From a virus: DNA of 64,000 nucleotides. Under the pieces are notes generated by a model. That model was not told where the DNA came from. It made no database searches and saw nothing but the letters and a program-made list of their open reading frames with translations. The DNA is taken from IMG/VR virus record IMGVR_UViG_3300021962_000036, positions 1-64,000 of that record; one strand, given 5' to 3'. The translations under genes and the position numbers were made by a program. Each line of letters opens with the position of its first letter. Position 1 is the first letter of the stretch. Of this stretch, positions 8,596 to 15,883 are shown one piece after another.

Positions 8596-8904
8596 TTATT
8601 CAGATTCAGGACCATATTGAATAGTCCTTCCATCAGGGTATATTTCAAAAAGATCTTTGATAAAACCATCATTACCTAAAAGGTAGACGTTGTCATAGTC
8701 TTTATGTTTAATTGTAAGGTATATGACACTATCAGTTTTCATGATCATGTGCTTTTTACCACCGTCCATCTTAAGGACATTGTTAACAAACAGACTATCA
8801 TCTGCTGTTAAGTTTCTAAACGTTGGATGTACCACTAGCTCCTCACTATTTGAGCAAGAAACTAGGGTCATCACAACTATGAACAAACCAATTATATTTT
8901 TCAT
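8596..8904 (-). CDS. putative lipoprotein
   Basis: MKNIIGLFIVVMTLVSC: signal peptide with lipobox LVSC. Confidence 0.7.
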   Translation of the reverse strand: MKNIIGLFIVVMTLVSCSNSEELVVHPTFRNLTADDSLFVNNVLKMDGGKKHMIMKTDSVIYLTIKHKDYDNVYLLGNDGFIKDLFEIYPDGRTIQYGPESE

Positions 8905-9080
8905 TGTGCTACTTTGAAGGGTTTAAACAATTTATACATTGAGCGGTTGTTCTGATAATGAGACATCTTTGTATAAAGAAGCTCAATAGCATGCCACTTG
9001 GTGCAAGCATAAACAGATTGTCTGTATACTTGACCATCAGGTAGTGTAACCTGAACAGGAAAGTTCTTCATTGATTCCAT
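8901..9080 (-). CDS. small protein, 59 aa (not in ORF track)
   Basis: Manual translation MESMKNFPVQVTLPDGQVYRQSVYACTKWHAIELLY...; stop overlaps the next start (ATGA). Confidence 0.6.
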   Translation of the reverse strand: MESMKNFPVQVTLPDGQVYRQSVYACTKWHAIELLYTKMSHYQNNRSMYKLFKPFKVAQ

Positions 9081-9090
9081 GATAGATACA

Positions 9091-9531
9091 TTAATAGGTT
9101 TCTAAAAAAGATATATCAAGAGTATAGTTCTTTGAAGAACGTTCTCTCCATATTGCAAAGGATTCATTAAGATATTCTATGGCTTGTTCGTTTGTCATAC
9201 CATTAACCTTCTTAAGTTGGTTAATAACAATATTGAGCTTACCATTCATTTGGGCAAGACCTGGATGTTTTGTAGTATGGCAATGAGGACAAAGACCTAT
9301 GATACCTGTAAGACTTTGAGTTAAGACTTCATCATCATAAGCCCATATTTCATGAGCTTCTAATTTATGTCTATAACCTTGATTGGTTCCAACGTCACCA
9401 CAGACTTCACAAACGTTGTTAGCGTTGTCATAGCACTTGTGACGTATATGATCCCACTCAGAGGTAGTAACATTAGATCTAACATTACTATACCAAGAAG
9501 TTTTAGGCACAAGTTCTATAGTAAGTTTCAT
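9091..9531 (-). CDS. HNH-like nuclease / Zn-finger protein
   Basis: CEVCG...AHEIW...LCPHCHTTKH. Confidence 0.75.
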   Translation of the reverse strand: MKLTIELVPKTSWYSNVRSNVTTSEWDHIRHKCYDNANNVCEVCGDVGTNQGYRHKLEAHEIWAYDDEVLTQSLTGIIGLCPHCHTTKHPGLAQMNGKLNIVINQLKKVNGMTNEQAIEYLNESFAIWRERSSKNYTLDISFLETY

Positions 9532-9532
9532 A

Positions 9533-9661
9533 TTACTTGGATGCTAAATCTTGAGAAGAATGTTGTACTTGAGAATATGCATCACATTCAATCATCTTTG
9601 GAGAACTACAAGAGGAAAGAACTATTGCAACTAGAATTGTAGGGATAATAAACTTTTTCAT
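9533..9661 (-). CDS. 42-aa putative lipoprotein (not in ORF track)
   Basis: MKKFIIPTILVAIVLSSCSSPKMIECDAY...; lipobox LSSC. Confidence 0.65.
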   Translation of the reverse strand: MKKFIIPTILVAIVLSSCSSPKMIECDAYSQVQHSSQDLASK

Positions 9662-9764
9662 AATCAATTGATTTGAGGGTTTTTAAAGAAAGCGGATGCT
9701 CTTATACTATAGGAAGAGATAAAGAAACATATAGAGAGAGTAATAAAGAAACAACTCTCTTCAT

Positions 9765-9887
9765 TTAGAATCCATCATAAGGATATCTTGCAATACCAAT
9801 TGTCATAATGTTATATATAACAAGTGTGAGTATTGTACCAAAGAATACTGATAGGATTAACAGGTTTATTTTGTCTTGCTTTTTCAT
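9765..9887 (-). CDS. 40-aa single-pass membrane peptide (not in ORF track)
   Basis: MKKQDKINLLILSVFFGTILTLVIYNIMTIGIARYPYDGF. Confidence 0.55.
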   Translation of the reverse strand: MKKQDKINLLILSVFFGTILTLVIYNIMTIGIARYPYDGF

Positions 9888-10086
9888 AACTTGTTATTTA
9901 TAGCTATTTATTATACAATGTAACCCTCTTTTGAGAGGATTTTTTTTGACTAATATATGTGGGAGAGTAGATCTGTCACCTACTCTCACGCACACAAATT
10001 ATTATTAATCAATGAGTTAACAAAGAAGTTTTGTTTGTCTTTGTAAGTTTGTCATTCAACACCTAAGTTTTCTTGTGGTTAATCAG

Positions 10087-10133
10087 AAAAAACTGCAGCA
10101 AGTACAGGGCATTATACCCTATACTTACCACAA
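10087..10133 (-). terminator. intrinsic terminator after paralog A
   Basis: AAGTATAGGG/CCCTGTACTT stem followed by CAGTTTTTT. Confidence 0.55.
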
Positions 10134-10144
10134 TTATATACTAA

Positions 10145-10636
10145 TTAACCTAACATTGCAGCGCTTGCAGATTGTACTTTACTCTCTGACACAGCAACTG
10201 TGTTGTCATGTGCTACTTTAACGTCTGTATCAGAACCGTTAGCATCATAACTTGTGAAGCGTAGAATTCTTTCTCCACCTAATGTTAACTCAACACCATC
10301 TGCACCTGCGCGTTTTACGTAAGGAGCGATAGCATCTTCATAAGCTAACTCTTTGTTGAAGAACTTTTCAGCAATAGCTTGAGGTACTTCAGACTCAAGG
10401 TATTCTTTTACTACAATTGCACCTGGCAATTGAAGACTTTTGTAAGCGGCAACAAACTTGGTTAACAAGTCCATCTTTGCGCGCAATAGAGTAGAGCGTT
10501 TGCTCTCTCTTACCCAACCACCATCAACGGTGATTGCAGTTTGTTGAAGCTGAACATAACCAAATTCAGCGTTGTTTTTGTAGGCAGTGATCACACTACC
10601 TGTCTTTGAGTTAGGAACGATTTGTACTTGAGACAT
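10145..10636 (-). CDS. early protein, paralog A of a tandem pair
   Basis: 163 aa; shares VDGGWVR, APYVKRAG, ELTLGGERILRFT and AHDN with 10839..11330. Confidence 0.88.
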   Translation of the reverse strand: MSQVQIVPNSKTGSVITAYKNNAEFGYVQLQQTAITVDGGWVRESKRSTLLRAKMDLLTKFVAAYKSLQLPGAIVVKEYLESEVPQAIAEKFFNKELAYEDAIAPYVKRAGADGVELTLGGERILRFTSYDANGSDTDVKVAHDNTVAVSESKVQSASAAMLG

Positions 10637-10789
10637 AATTCTAATTTTTAATTGTTAATACTAAAGTGATTTGGGGGTTTAGGTGTTGTTGTAGTCAAGG
10701 GCAATTTAGGTGTTGAGTAAGGGTTGAGAAAAAACTGTTCTGTTGTTTTTGTCTTACAGATCATCAACCACCCCAACATTTTTATTTGG

Positions 10790-10829
10790 AAAAAACTGAG
10801 GCTGAGGAGTTTATCCCCAGCCAGCAGTT
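10790..10829 (-). terminator. intrinsic terminator after paralog B
   Basis: CTGCTGGCTGGGGA/TCCTCAGCCTCAG stem followed by TTTTTT. Confidence 0.6.
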
Positions 10830-10838
10830 CTTCTAAAG

Positions 10839-11330
10839 TTAAGCAGGTAACGCAGCGCTGTTAACGTTCACATTACGTGAAGCAGATACAGCAGAGTTGT
10901 TATCATGTGCTATGCGTACATCTTGGTCAGCACCAGATGCATCATAGTCAGTGAAACGTAAGATACGCTCACCACCAAGAGTCAATTCAATACCGTCTTT
11001 ACCAGCACGTTTAACATAAGGAGCAATAGACTCTTCATAGTCTAAGTTCTTGTTAAGACGTGACATGTAGTTCTCAGGTAATTGAGACTCAGTGAATTCT
11101 TTTACAACAATGCGTCCTGGTATATTACCAGACTTACCAAATGCATTAACAAACTTTTCTAATAAGCTTGTCTCAGCTCTAAGTAACGCAGTGCGTACAG
11201 AGTTTCTTACCCAGCCACCGTCAACACTCATCTCTTCAGATTGTAGTGTGATGTAACCGTAAGCAGGATTGTTCTTGTAGGTGCTAACTAATGCACCAGT
11301 TTCAGTTGGTTTAATTTGTACTTTGTTCAT
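10839..11330 (-). CDS. early protein, paralog B of a tandem pair
   Basis: 163 aa; clear similarity to 10145..10636. Confidence 0.88.
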   Translation of the reverse strand: MNKVQIKPTETGALVSTYKNNPAYGYITLQSEEMSVDGGWVRNSVRTALLRAETSLLEKFVNAFGKSGNIPGRIVVKEFTESQLPENYMSRLNKNLDYEESIAPYVKRAGKDGIELTLGGERILRFTDYDASGADQDVRIAHDNNSAVSASRNVNVNSAALPA

Positions 11331-11395
11331 GATTGTTTAATTTAAATTGTTATTGATTTATTAAAGGATTTAAGTTGTTGTAAGGATGTGGGAGA

Positions 11396-11623
11396 TTATT
11401 TCTCATCCCACATCCAAGAGCCTACACTAATGAATGAACCAATTCCTACAAGGAAGTTGAATACCCACATTGGAGTAGCAGTTGTAACCTCTGAGAAAGT
11501 TACAGGCGTTAATAGCGAAATGCACGTAGCAAATACAGCTGTGATAATTGTAATCATAATCATTGGCAATGTGAATAGCGCAATGATTTGTACAGGCAAT
11601 ACCATTCTTTTAAGATGTCTCAT
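11396..11623 (-). CDS. small membrane protein
   Basis: Two hydrophobic helices; preceded by the early motif. Confidence 0.65.
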   Translation of the reverse strand: MRHLKRMVLPVQIIALFTLPMIMITIITAVFATCISLLTPVTFSEVTTATPMWVFNFLVGIGSFISVGSWMWDEK

Positions 11624-11760
11624 TTGATTGTTTATTTAGAGTGATTAATAAATACTGATTAGTTAAGGGGTTTAGCTGTTGGTAATAGTCTTATATATAA
11701 TAAACACAGAGACACTCGTGTAGAATATCTCTGTGTTGGGTCTGCTCTGGTGACACTTGT

Positions 11761-11862
11761 TCAGTGTCTGTCTTCTCTGCAGTACTCCATGAAGTATTTG
11801 TATGCTTCACGTAGAGACTTAGCAAGGATTTGATGTCCAGAAATTAAATACCAATGATACAT
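11761..11862 (-). CDS. 33-aa peptide, first gene of the leftward unit (not in ORF track)
   Basis: MYHWYLISGHQILAKSLREAYKYFMEYCREDRH; early motif 30 nt upstream. Confidence 0.5.
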   Translation of the reverse strand: MYHWYLISGHQILAKSLREAYKYFMEYCREDRH

Positions 11863-12080
11863 AAGATTAAATTTAATGTGCTGGATCACATGGGGGTATA
11901 GGTGTTGGCGTGTGAGGCGGGGGGCTGTTGTGGTAGGGGGTACTCACTCTCTACTACACACATGGGGGCTAGTTCCAGTAGACATAGTTATAGCTCAAGG
12001 GCAAACTGTTTATAGCTCAGATTGTCACAAATTTGATCTACATTTGTTACATATGTGAGCGATAAAGTCAGCAGAATTTC

Positions 12081-12097
12081 CTATATTATATATGTAA
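12081..12097 (+). promoter_or_regulatory. putative late promoter variant
   Basis: CTATATTATATATGTAA resembles the motif at 23371, 30056, 36696 and 48136. Confidence 0.4.
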
Positions 12098-12125
12098 GAT
12101 TGTTCAACATTAAAAAATATATACT

Positions 12126-12527
12126 ATGGCAAATTATTATGCATTTACAAAAAATGGTAAACCTGTACTAGGAAGTCCTTTACAAGGTAAGAAGCCACGT
12201 GGTGGTAAAAGTGTTCCTGTTTACTTAGGAGGTGAATCTTCTATTACATGTGAATTTGGCTTCATAAATGGAGCACAGTCTATTGAAGATACAGACAGCT
12301 ATCAAGTGTTTATCACTGCTATGTCAGAAACTGGTCGTCAGGTCCCTTACCAAATTGGATGGGTATACACTGGTTCACGCTTGACAATTAAAAAGTTTAT
12401 CAAAAGCATCAACACAGAACTTAATGGCATCCTTGAGTTTACAGCTGATAGCGTTGGTAATATTTTTATAGTAAGAAGTCAGATTGGTACAATCATGAAC
12501 TGCGGTATCAACTTTGTACTTGACTAA
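12126..12527 (+). CDS. hypothetical protein, possibly virion-associated
   Basis: 133-aa monocistronic ORF between a late-type motif and a terminator. Confidence 0.7.
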   Translation: MANYYAFTKNGKPVLGSPLQGKKPRGGKSVPVYLGGESSITCEFGFINGAQSIEDTDSYQVFITAMSETGRQVPYQIGWVYTGSRLTIKKFIKSINTELNGILEFTADSVGNIFIVRSQIGTIMNCGINFVLD

Positions 12528-12547
12528 AAGAAAAATTAGCCTAAAAT

Positions 12548-12581
12548 AAAGAACCCAGGTCAATAGCCTGGGTTTCTTTTT
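12548..12581. terminator. bidirectional intrinsic terminator
   Basis: AAAGAACCCAGG-N7-CCTGGGTTTCTTTT between convergent genes. Confidence 0.75.
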
Positions 12582-12783
12582 AATTGGAAGTTTTAAGGAG
12601 GATGTCTAGTGTATCTGACATTTCAATCTCATAGTGCCAGTCAACTTCCGTTCCCTGACTACATTTATAAATCAACCCACCATCAGCACATATCTGAATG
12701 CCTATGATTATACGAGGTAATTGTTCTACTTCAGTCTTGAGATAAACAATCTCTCCTAGCTCAAATTGATTATTTATATGCAT
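12580..12783 (-). CDS. hypothetical protein
   Basis: 67-aa ORF ending a four-gene minus-strand operon. Confidence 0.7.
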   Translation of the reverse strand: MHINNQFELGEIVYLKTEVEQLPRIIIGIQICADGGLIYKCSQGTEVDWHYEIEMSDTLDILLKTSN

Positions 12784-12784
12784 G

Positions 12785-13054
12785 CTATAAGTTGCTAAAG
12801 AAGTTCATCAGGAAATGACTTGTATATAAACCCAGCAAGCTACCAATTGTTGCTCCTGTAGAATAAAAGATTCTGTCAGAAAGTGTTCCAAACACAATCT
12901 TCTTTATGTTATAGGACCATACCATGGAAATGGCAAATGCTGCAAACATAACCCCAAGATATATGTCTTTGGCTAGGAAGCATGTGTTTATGGCTACAAA
13001 GTAAACTTGAATAATACCTGTTGCTGTTAGTTTAATCTTGGAAAGGTTCATCAT
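12785..13054 (-). CDS. small membrane protein
   Basis: Three hydrophobic segments. Confidence 0.7.
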   Translation of the reverse strand: MMNLSKIKLTATGIIQVYFVAINTCFLAKDIYLGVMFAAFAISMVWSYNIKKIVFGTLSDRIFYSTGATIGSLLGLYTSHFLMNFFSNL

Positions 13055-13502
13055 CGTAATCTAGTTTAGAGGGTTTGACTTTAATTTTGTTTAATATATA
13101 GGTTGAATTTTTAGTCTTGAAACGTAGCTCATTTGCAGATATTCTTTCAAAACTTTGAACCTGAGTAGTTAACCATGTATAAGAAGCACCATACTCAGAG
13201 TCTACTATACAGGAAAACCCAACCTGGGGTCGTCTATAAAGTTTTTCAGCTCTTCCATCTTCTTTCCATTTAACCCATCTTATAGATTTTCCTGTAATAA
13301 ATTTACCATCTTCCACTCTCATTAAAGAATATTTGATGCCAAATCTACACACAATGCATTCTTGAGCAACCATCTCCTGTTTGCCTAACATTGCGTCTTT
13401 TTCAAACTGTGACATAGTAGCACCAGTTTTAATAATTCCTCTACACTTGGAACATAATAATGCTCCTTGGCCTCCGTTGAATTTAAAGATTGCTTTCTCC
13501 AT
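13032..13502 (-). CDS. hypothetical protein with N-terminal CxxC pair
   Basis: FKFNGGQGALLCSKC...CIVC. Confidence 0.7.
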   Translation of the reverse strand: MEKAIFKFNGGQGALLCSKCRGIIKTGATMSQFEKDAMLGKQEMVAQECIVCRFGIKYSLMRVEDGKFITGKSIRWVKWKEDGRAEKLYRRPQVGFSCIVDSEYGASYTWLTTQVQSFERISANELRFKTKNSTYILNKIKVKPSKLDYDDEPFQD

Positions 13503-13896
13503 TGTTATTATATTTATTTCTTGTTCTATCTCCTATAGGAAGTGGGTCACCTGCCTCATCTATTCTGACAAATCTCATGTTTGTGTGTAAGATCACAGAT
13601 TGTGATCCTGAATACACATTGTGAGCGCGTGCTTCCATGTACAATGTTACAGAAGTATTACCTATGAGCAAGACTTTACCGTATATCTTAACAAGTTGTC
13701 CTTCCCTTGCAGGTTTCTTGAAGACGCACTTGTCTATCAGAACCGTAACCATGCGTGGTGTGTCACATACTTCCATGGCAAATCCAGCTGCCGCTGCATC
13801 CATCCATGCTAATAATTTACCACCAAAAAGATTACCATGAAATCCTAGATCTGACTTCTTTATAGGGTGGGTTGTAATCAGTTGCATTCCTTCCAT
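13483..13896 (-). CDS. acyl-CoA thioesterase, hotdog fold (YciA-like)
   Basis: DLGFHGNLFGGKLLAWMD, VTV.ID...FKKPAREG, GNTSV, FVRIDEAGDP. Confidence 0.88.
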   Translation of the reverse strand: MEGMQLITTHPIKKSDLGFHGNLFGGKLLAWMDAAAAGFAMEVCDTPRMVTVLIDKCVFKKPAREGQLVKIYGKVLLIGNTSVTLYMEARAHNVYSGSQSVILHTNMRFVRIDEAGDPLPIGDRTRNKYNNNGESNL

Positions 13897-13900
13897 TCAA

Positions 13901-13948
13901 CAAAAATACAAAAAAATTTGTAAAAGTTAAACTTTTGAAGTATATTTG
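13901..13948. promoter_or_regulatory. divergent Bacteroidota-type housekeeping promoters
   Basis: Plus strand TTTG (13917) then 20 nt then TATATTTG (13941); minus strand TATTTTTG (13908-13901), matching -33 TTTG / -7 TAnnTTTG. Confidence 0.65.
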
Positions 13949-13988
13949 TATTGAGGTTACTATTAAACTAAACTTTAAAAATTAAAAA

Positions 13989-14219
13989 ATGGCAACAGAA
14001 GAAACCAAAGAACCAACTAGAGAAGAGGTTATTGCCTGGTATAACAGCCAGATTGAACTTGCTTCTCTACGCGCACAGCTTGCTGAGCTACAAGCTAAGG
14101 CTGTAACTGAAGAAGCTAAGCGTATTCAAGCTACAATTATGATAGCTAACATGACTGCTCCTGAAAATGGAGAGCCAACTGACGGACCAGGTGGAGCTGA
14201 ACCTTCAGAAAAAAACTAA
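13989..14219 (+). CDS. small coiled-coil protein
   Basis: 76 aa with A-rich leader, downstream of the promoter. Confidence 0.75.
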   Translation: MATEETKEPTREEVIAWYNSQIELASLRAQLAELQAKAVTEEAKRIQATIMIANMTAPENGEPTDGPGGAEPSEKN

Positions 14220-14247
14220 ACCTTGTAAGTTTAAACTGACTTACATT

Positions 14248-14258
14248 GTTCTTTGACA
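14248..14258 (+). promoter_or_regulatory. boxA-like antitermination element
   Basis: GTTCTTTGACA versus rrn boxA GCTCTTTAACA; preceded by hairpin TGTAAGT/ACTTACA and upstream of stable-RNA genes. Confidence 0.5.
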
Positions 14259-14259
14259 T

Positions 14260-14560
14260 TTGATTTGTGTTTGTGGCAGAATAAACTCTTGAGAGGGGTT
14301 AATGTGGTTTTTCCAATTCTGAAAAGTTTTGAGAGAAACGCTGTCAAGCACGTGAGTTAAAACCACTCATCTTAAAGGTAGCGTAACTAATAAGCTCTGA
14401 GGTCCTGTGAAGATATACATAACTGATCTCCGCAGCAGGTGCTGGTAGTCAATCCAGCTAGTTAATAACAAGTGAACTGATCATTTGCTTGGACTATGGG
14501 TGAAAAGGGGCGTGTGTTGGACTTGTGGGTAGTCAGGATTCCCATCAAATAACAAATCAA
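14260..14560 (+). ncRNA. ~300-nt structured ncRNA of unknown class
   Basis: No ORF; closing helix TTGATTTGT-GTTTG / CAAAT-A-ACAAATCAA; several internal hairpins; abuts tRNA-Thr. Confidence 0.65.
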
Positions 14561-14565
14561 TGAAT

Positions 14566-14638
14566 GCCTTCTTAGCTCAATTGGTAGAGCAGCTGATTTG
14601 TACTCAGCAGGTTGTGGGTTCAACTCCTACAGAAGGCT
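14566..14638 (+). tRNA. tRNA-Thr(UGU)
   Basis: Cloverleaf GCCTTCT/AGAAGGC, anticodon arm GCTGA-TTTGTAC-TCAGC, T loop TTCAACT; CCA not encoded. Confidence 0.92.
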
Positions 14639-14670
14639 CAAATTTTTAATAACTAACAAACAAAAAAAGA

Positions 14671-14958
14671 ATGGAACAATTTAGAACATTGGTAGGAACC
14701 AGAGTGTTGCTTACAAAACCACAAAAGCCAGAATCTAAAATTATGTTAGATCCTGCTGCTGAAGCCCAAATGGAAGCAGAGATGATGCTGAAATGGACAG
14801 CATTAGAAGTATATGCTGTAGGAAATGAAGTAACAACTGTCCAACCAGGAGATAAAGTTTTTGTTGAAACTTATTCTTTGCAGAATGCAGGAGTTGTTTC
14901 AATTGGAGATGACTTAAAACTTATGATTGCAGAAAGAGATATTGCAATTATCTGGTAA
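14671..14958 (+). CDS. GroES-like co-chaperonin
   Basis: LVGTRVLL...VYAVGNEV..VQPGDKVFV...LMIAERDIAIIW. Confidence 0.7.
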   Translation: MEQFRTLVGTRVLLTKPQKPESKIMLDPAAEAQMEAEMMLKWTALEVYAVGNEVTTVQPGDKVFVETYSLQNAGVVSIGDDLKLMIAERDIAIIW

Positions 14959-14976
14959 CCTTTAAAACTTATCATT

Positions 14977-15231
14977 ATGTTAAAAACCATCATTAACAAA
15001 CTAACAGGTACTTCAGCGTCTTCTTTTTTATTTCAAGAAAGAAAAGATGCAATTCTTGCAGGATTTACAAGTACATTATCAAACTTGCAATCTTTGAGAG
15101 CAGAGCAAGAAAAACACATTGACAACATCAATGAGAAAGTCAACACATTAATGGATGAGTCAGAACGTACAAAGAAAATATTATCTAGTACTGATAAGAC
15201 AATTTCAAAGATCCAAAGTATTTTGGATTAA
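14977..15231 (+). CDS. small coiled-coil protein
   Basis: 84-aa ORF. Confidence 0.7.
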   Translation: MLKTIINKLTGTSASSFLFQERKDAILAGFTSTLSNLQSLRAEQEKHIDNINEKVNTLMDESERTKKILSSTDKTISKIQSILD

Positions 15232-15237
15232 AGGTAT

Positions 15238-15312
15238 GGCGGGGTAGACTGGAGTTGGTCCCAGCTTGGTCTCATAAGCCAAACAACGTAGGTTCAAATC
15301 CTACCCCCGCAA
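15238..15312 (+). tRNA. tRNA-Met(CAU), initiator-like
   Basis: GCGGGG/CCCCGC acceptor with 1:72 mismatch, loop CTCATAA, T loop TTCAAAT. Confidence 0.85.
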
Positions 15313-15376
15313 CAAAAGGTGCATGCCATGCAGGAGTCGCCAGTACCGCACTGATGTAAGTGTAAAAAAAGCATAC

Positions 15377-15461
15377 CCATTCTGTTTGGTGGAACAGATC
15401 AAAAGAGACTCACAAGTCTGGACTGAGAGGGTTGTTCAGGTGAAAATCCTGAGTGAATGGT
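15377..15461 (+). ncRNA. degenerate tRNA-like element
   Basis: CCATTC/GAATGG ends, T-arm-like TCAGG-TGAAAAT-CCTGA, hairpins TCTGTT/AACAGA and AGACT/AGTCT. Confidence 0.45.
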
Positions 15462-15487
15462 ACAAAAAAATTAAAATATTAAAAACC

Positions 15488-15883
15488 ATGGAAGTAAACA
15501 GAGTTCAAAAAAAGATTAGAGTAAGCTCTTATGAACTGGTTAAATATCAGATTATTACAGAATTGATTTTCTTTAAGAAAGAACATTTGATTCCATCTGA
15601 TATTGAACTATTAACACTACTTGCATTATGGGGGCCTATTGAACTAGGTAAATTCTGTAATGCTGCTGCCAAAAGATTGTACAAGAACATTGAAATGGAA
15701 GAGTTTTCTGTACGTGCACAAAACGTACGTAACAGAATGGCTAAGCTAGAAAAACGTGGCATTGTGCAAAAAATTAATGATGGAAAAAGACAAATTCAGT
15801 TATCCCCAACATTAAACATTTATGGCAAAGGAAATGTATTGTTAGACTATAATATATTAGCACTTGAATCCAATAAAGCGTAA
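15488..15883 (+). CDS. putative winged-helix DNA-binding protein
   Basis: Start moved to ATG 15488 (MEVNRVQKK); QNVRNRMAKLEKRGIVQK is wHTH-like. Confidence 0.7.
   Translation: MEVNRVQKKIRVSSYELVKYQIITELIFFKKEHLIPSDIELLTLLALWGPIELGKFCNAAAKRLYKNIEMEEFSVRAQNVRNRMAKLEKRGIVQKINDGKRQIQLSPTLNIYGKGNVLLDYNILALESNKA

Larger units (their letters stand above)
10673..11907 (-). promoter_or_regulatory. repeated early-gene upstream motif CAACACCTA(A/T)ACCCCC
   Basis: Copies at 10673-10688, 11892-11907 (15/16 identical), 11667-11681, 11366-11380 and a partial copy at 10705-10715. Confidence 0.6.

Noticed and set aside
5390-11907. CRISPR array or attachment sites among the short repeats
   Set aside because: The repeats are short, irregularly spaced and lack spacer periodicity; no integrase or cas gene is in the window
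14330-14545. Group I intron (GACTA/TAGTC resembling P7, CCGCAGC resembling Q, AAGATATA resembling S)
   Set aside because: The elements are not in a consistent P-Q-R-S order, no P3/P4 pairing or exon context was found, and the ends form a closing helix instead
15318-15375. Theta ribozyme or fluoride riboswitch after tRNA-Met
   Set aside because: A GGTGC/GCACT P1 is possible but no P2, P3 or catalytic junction fits; riboswitch similarity is limited to short words
15323-15487. N-terminal extensions of track ORFs 15323, 26516, 17568 and 126..416
   Set aside because: They overlap structured RNAs or other genes, and better ATGs with A-rich leaders lie downstream
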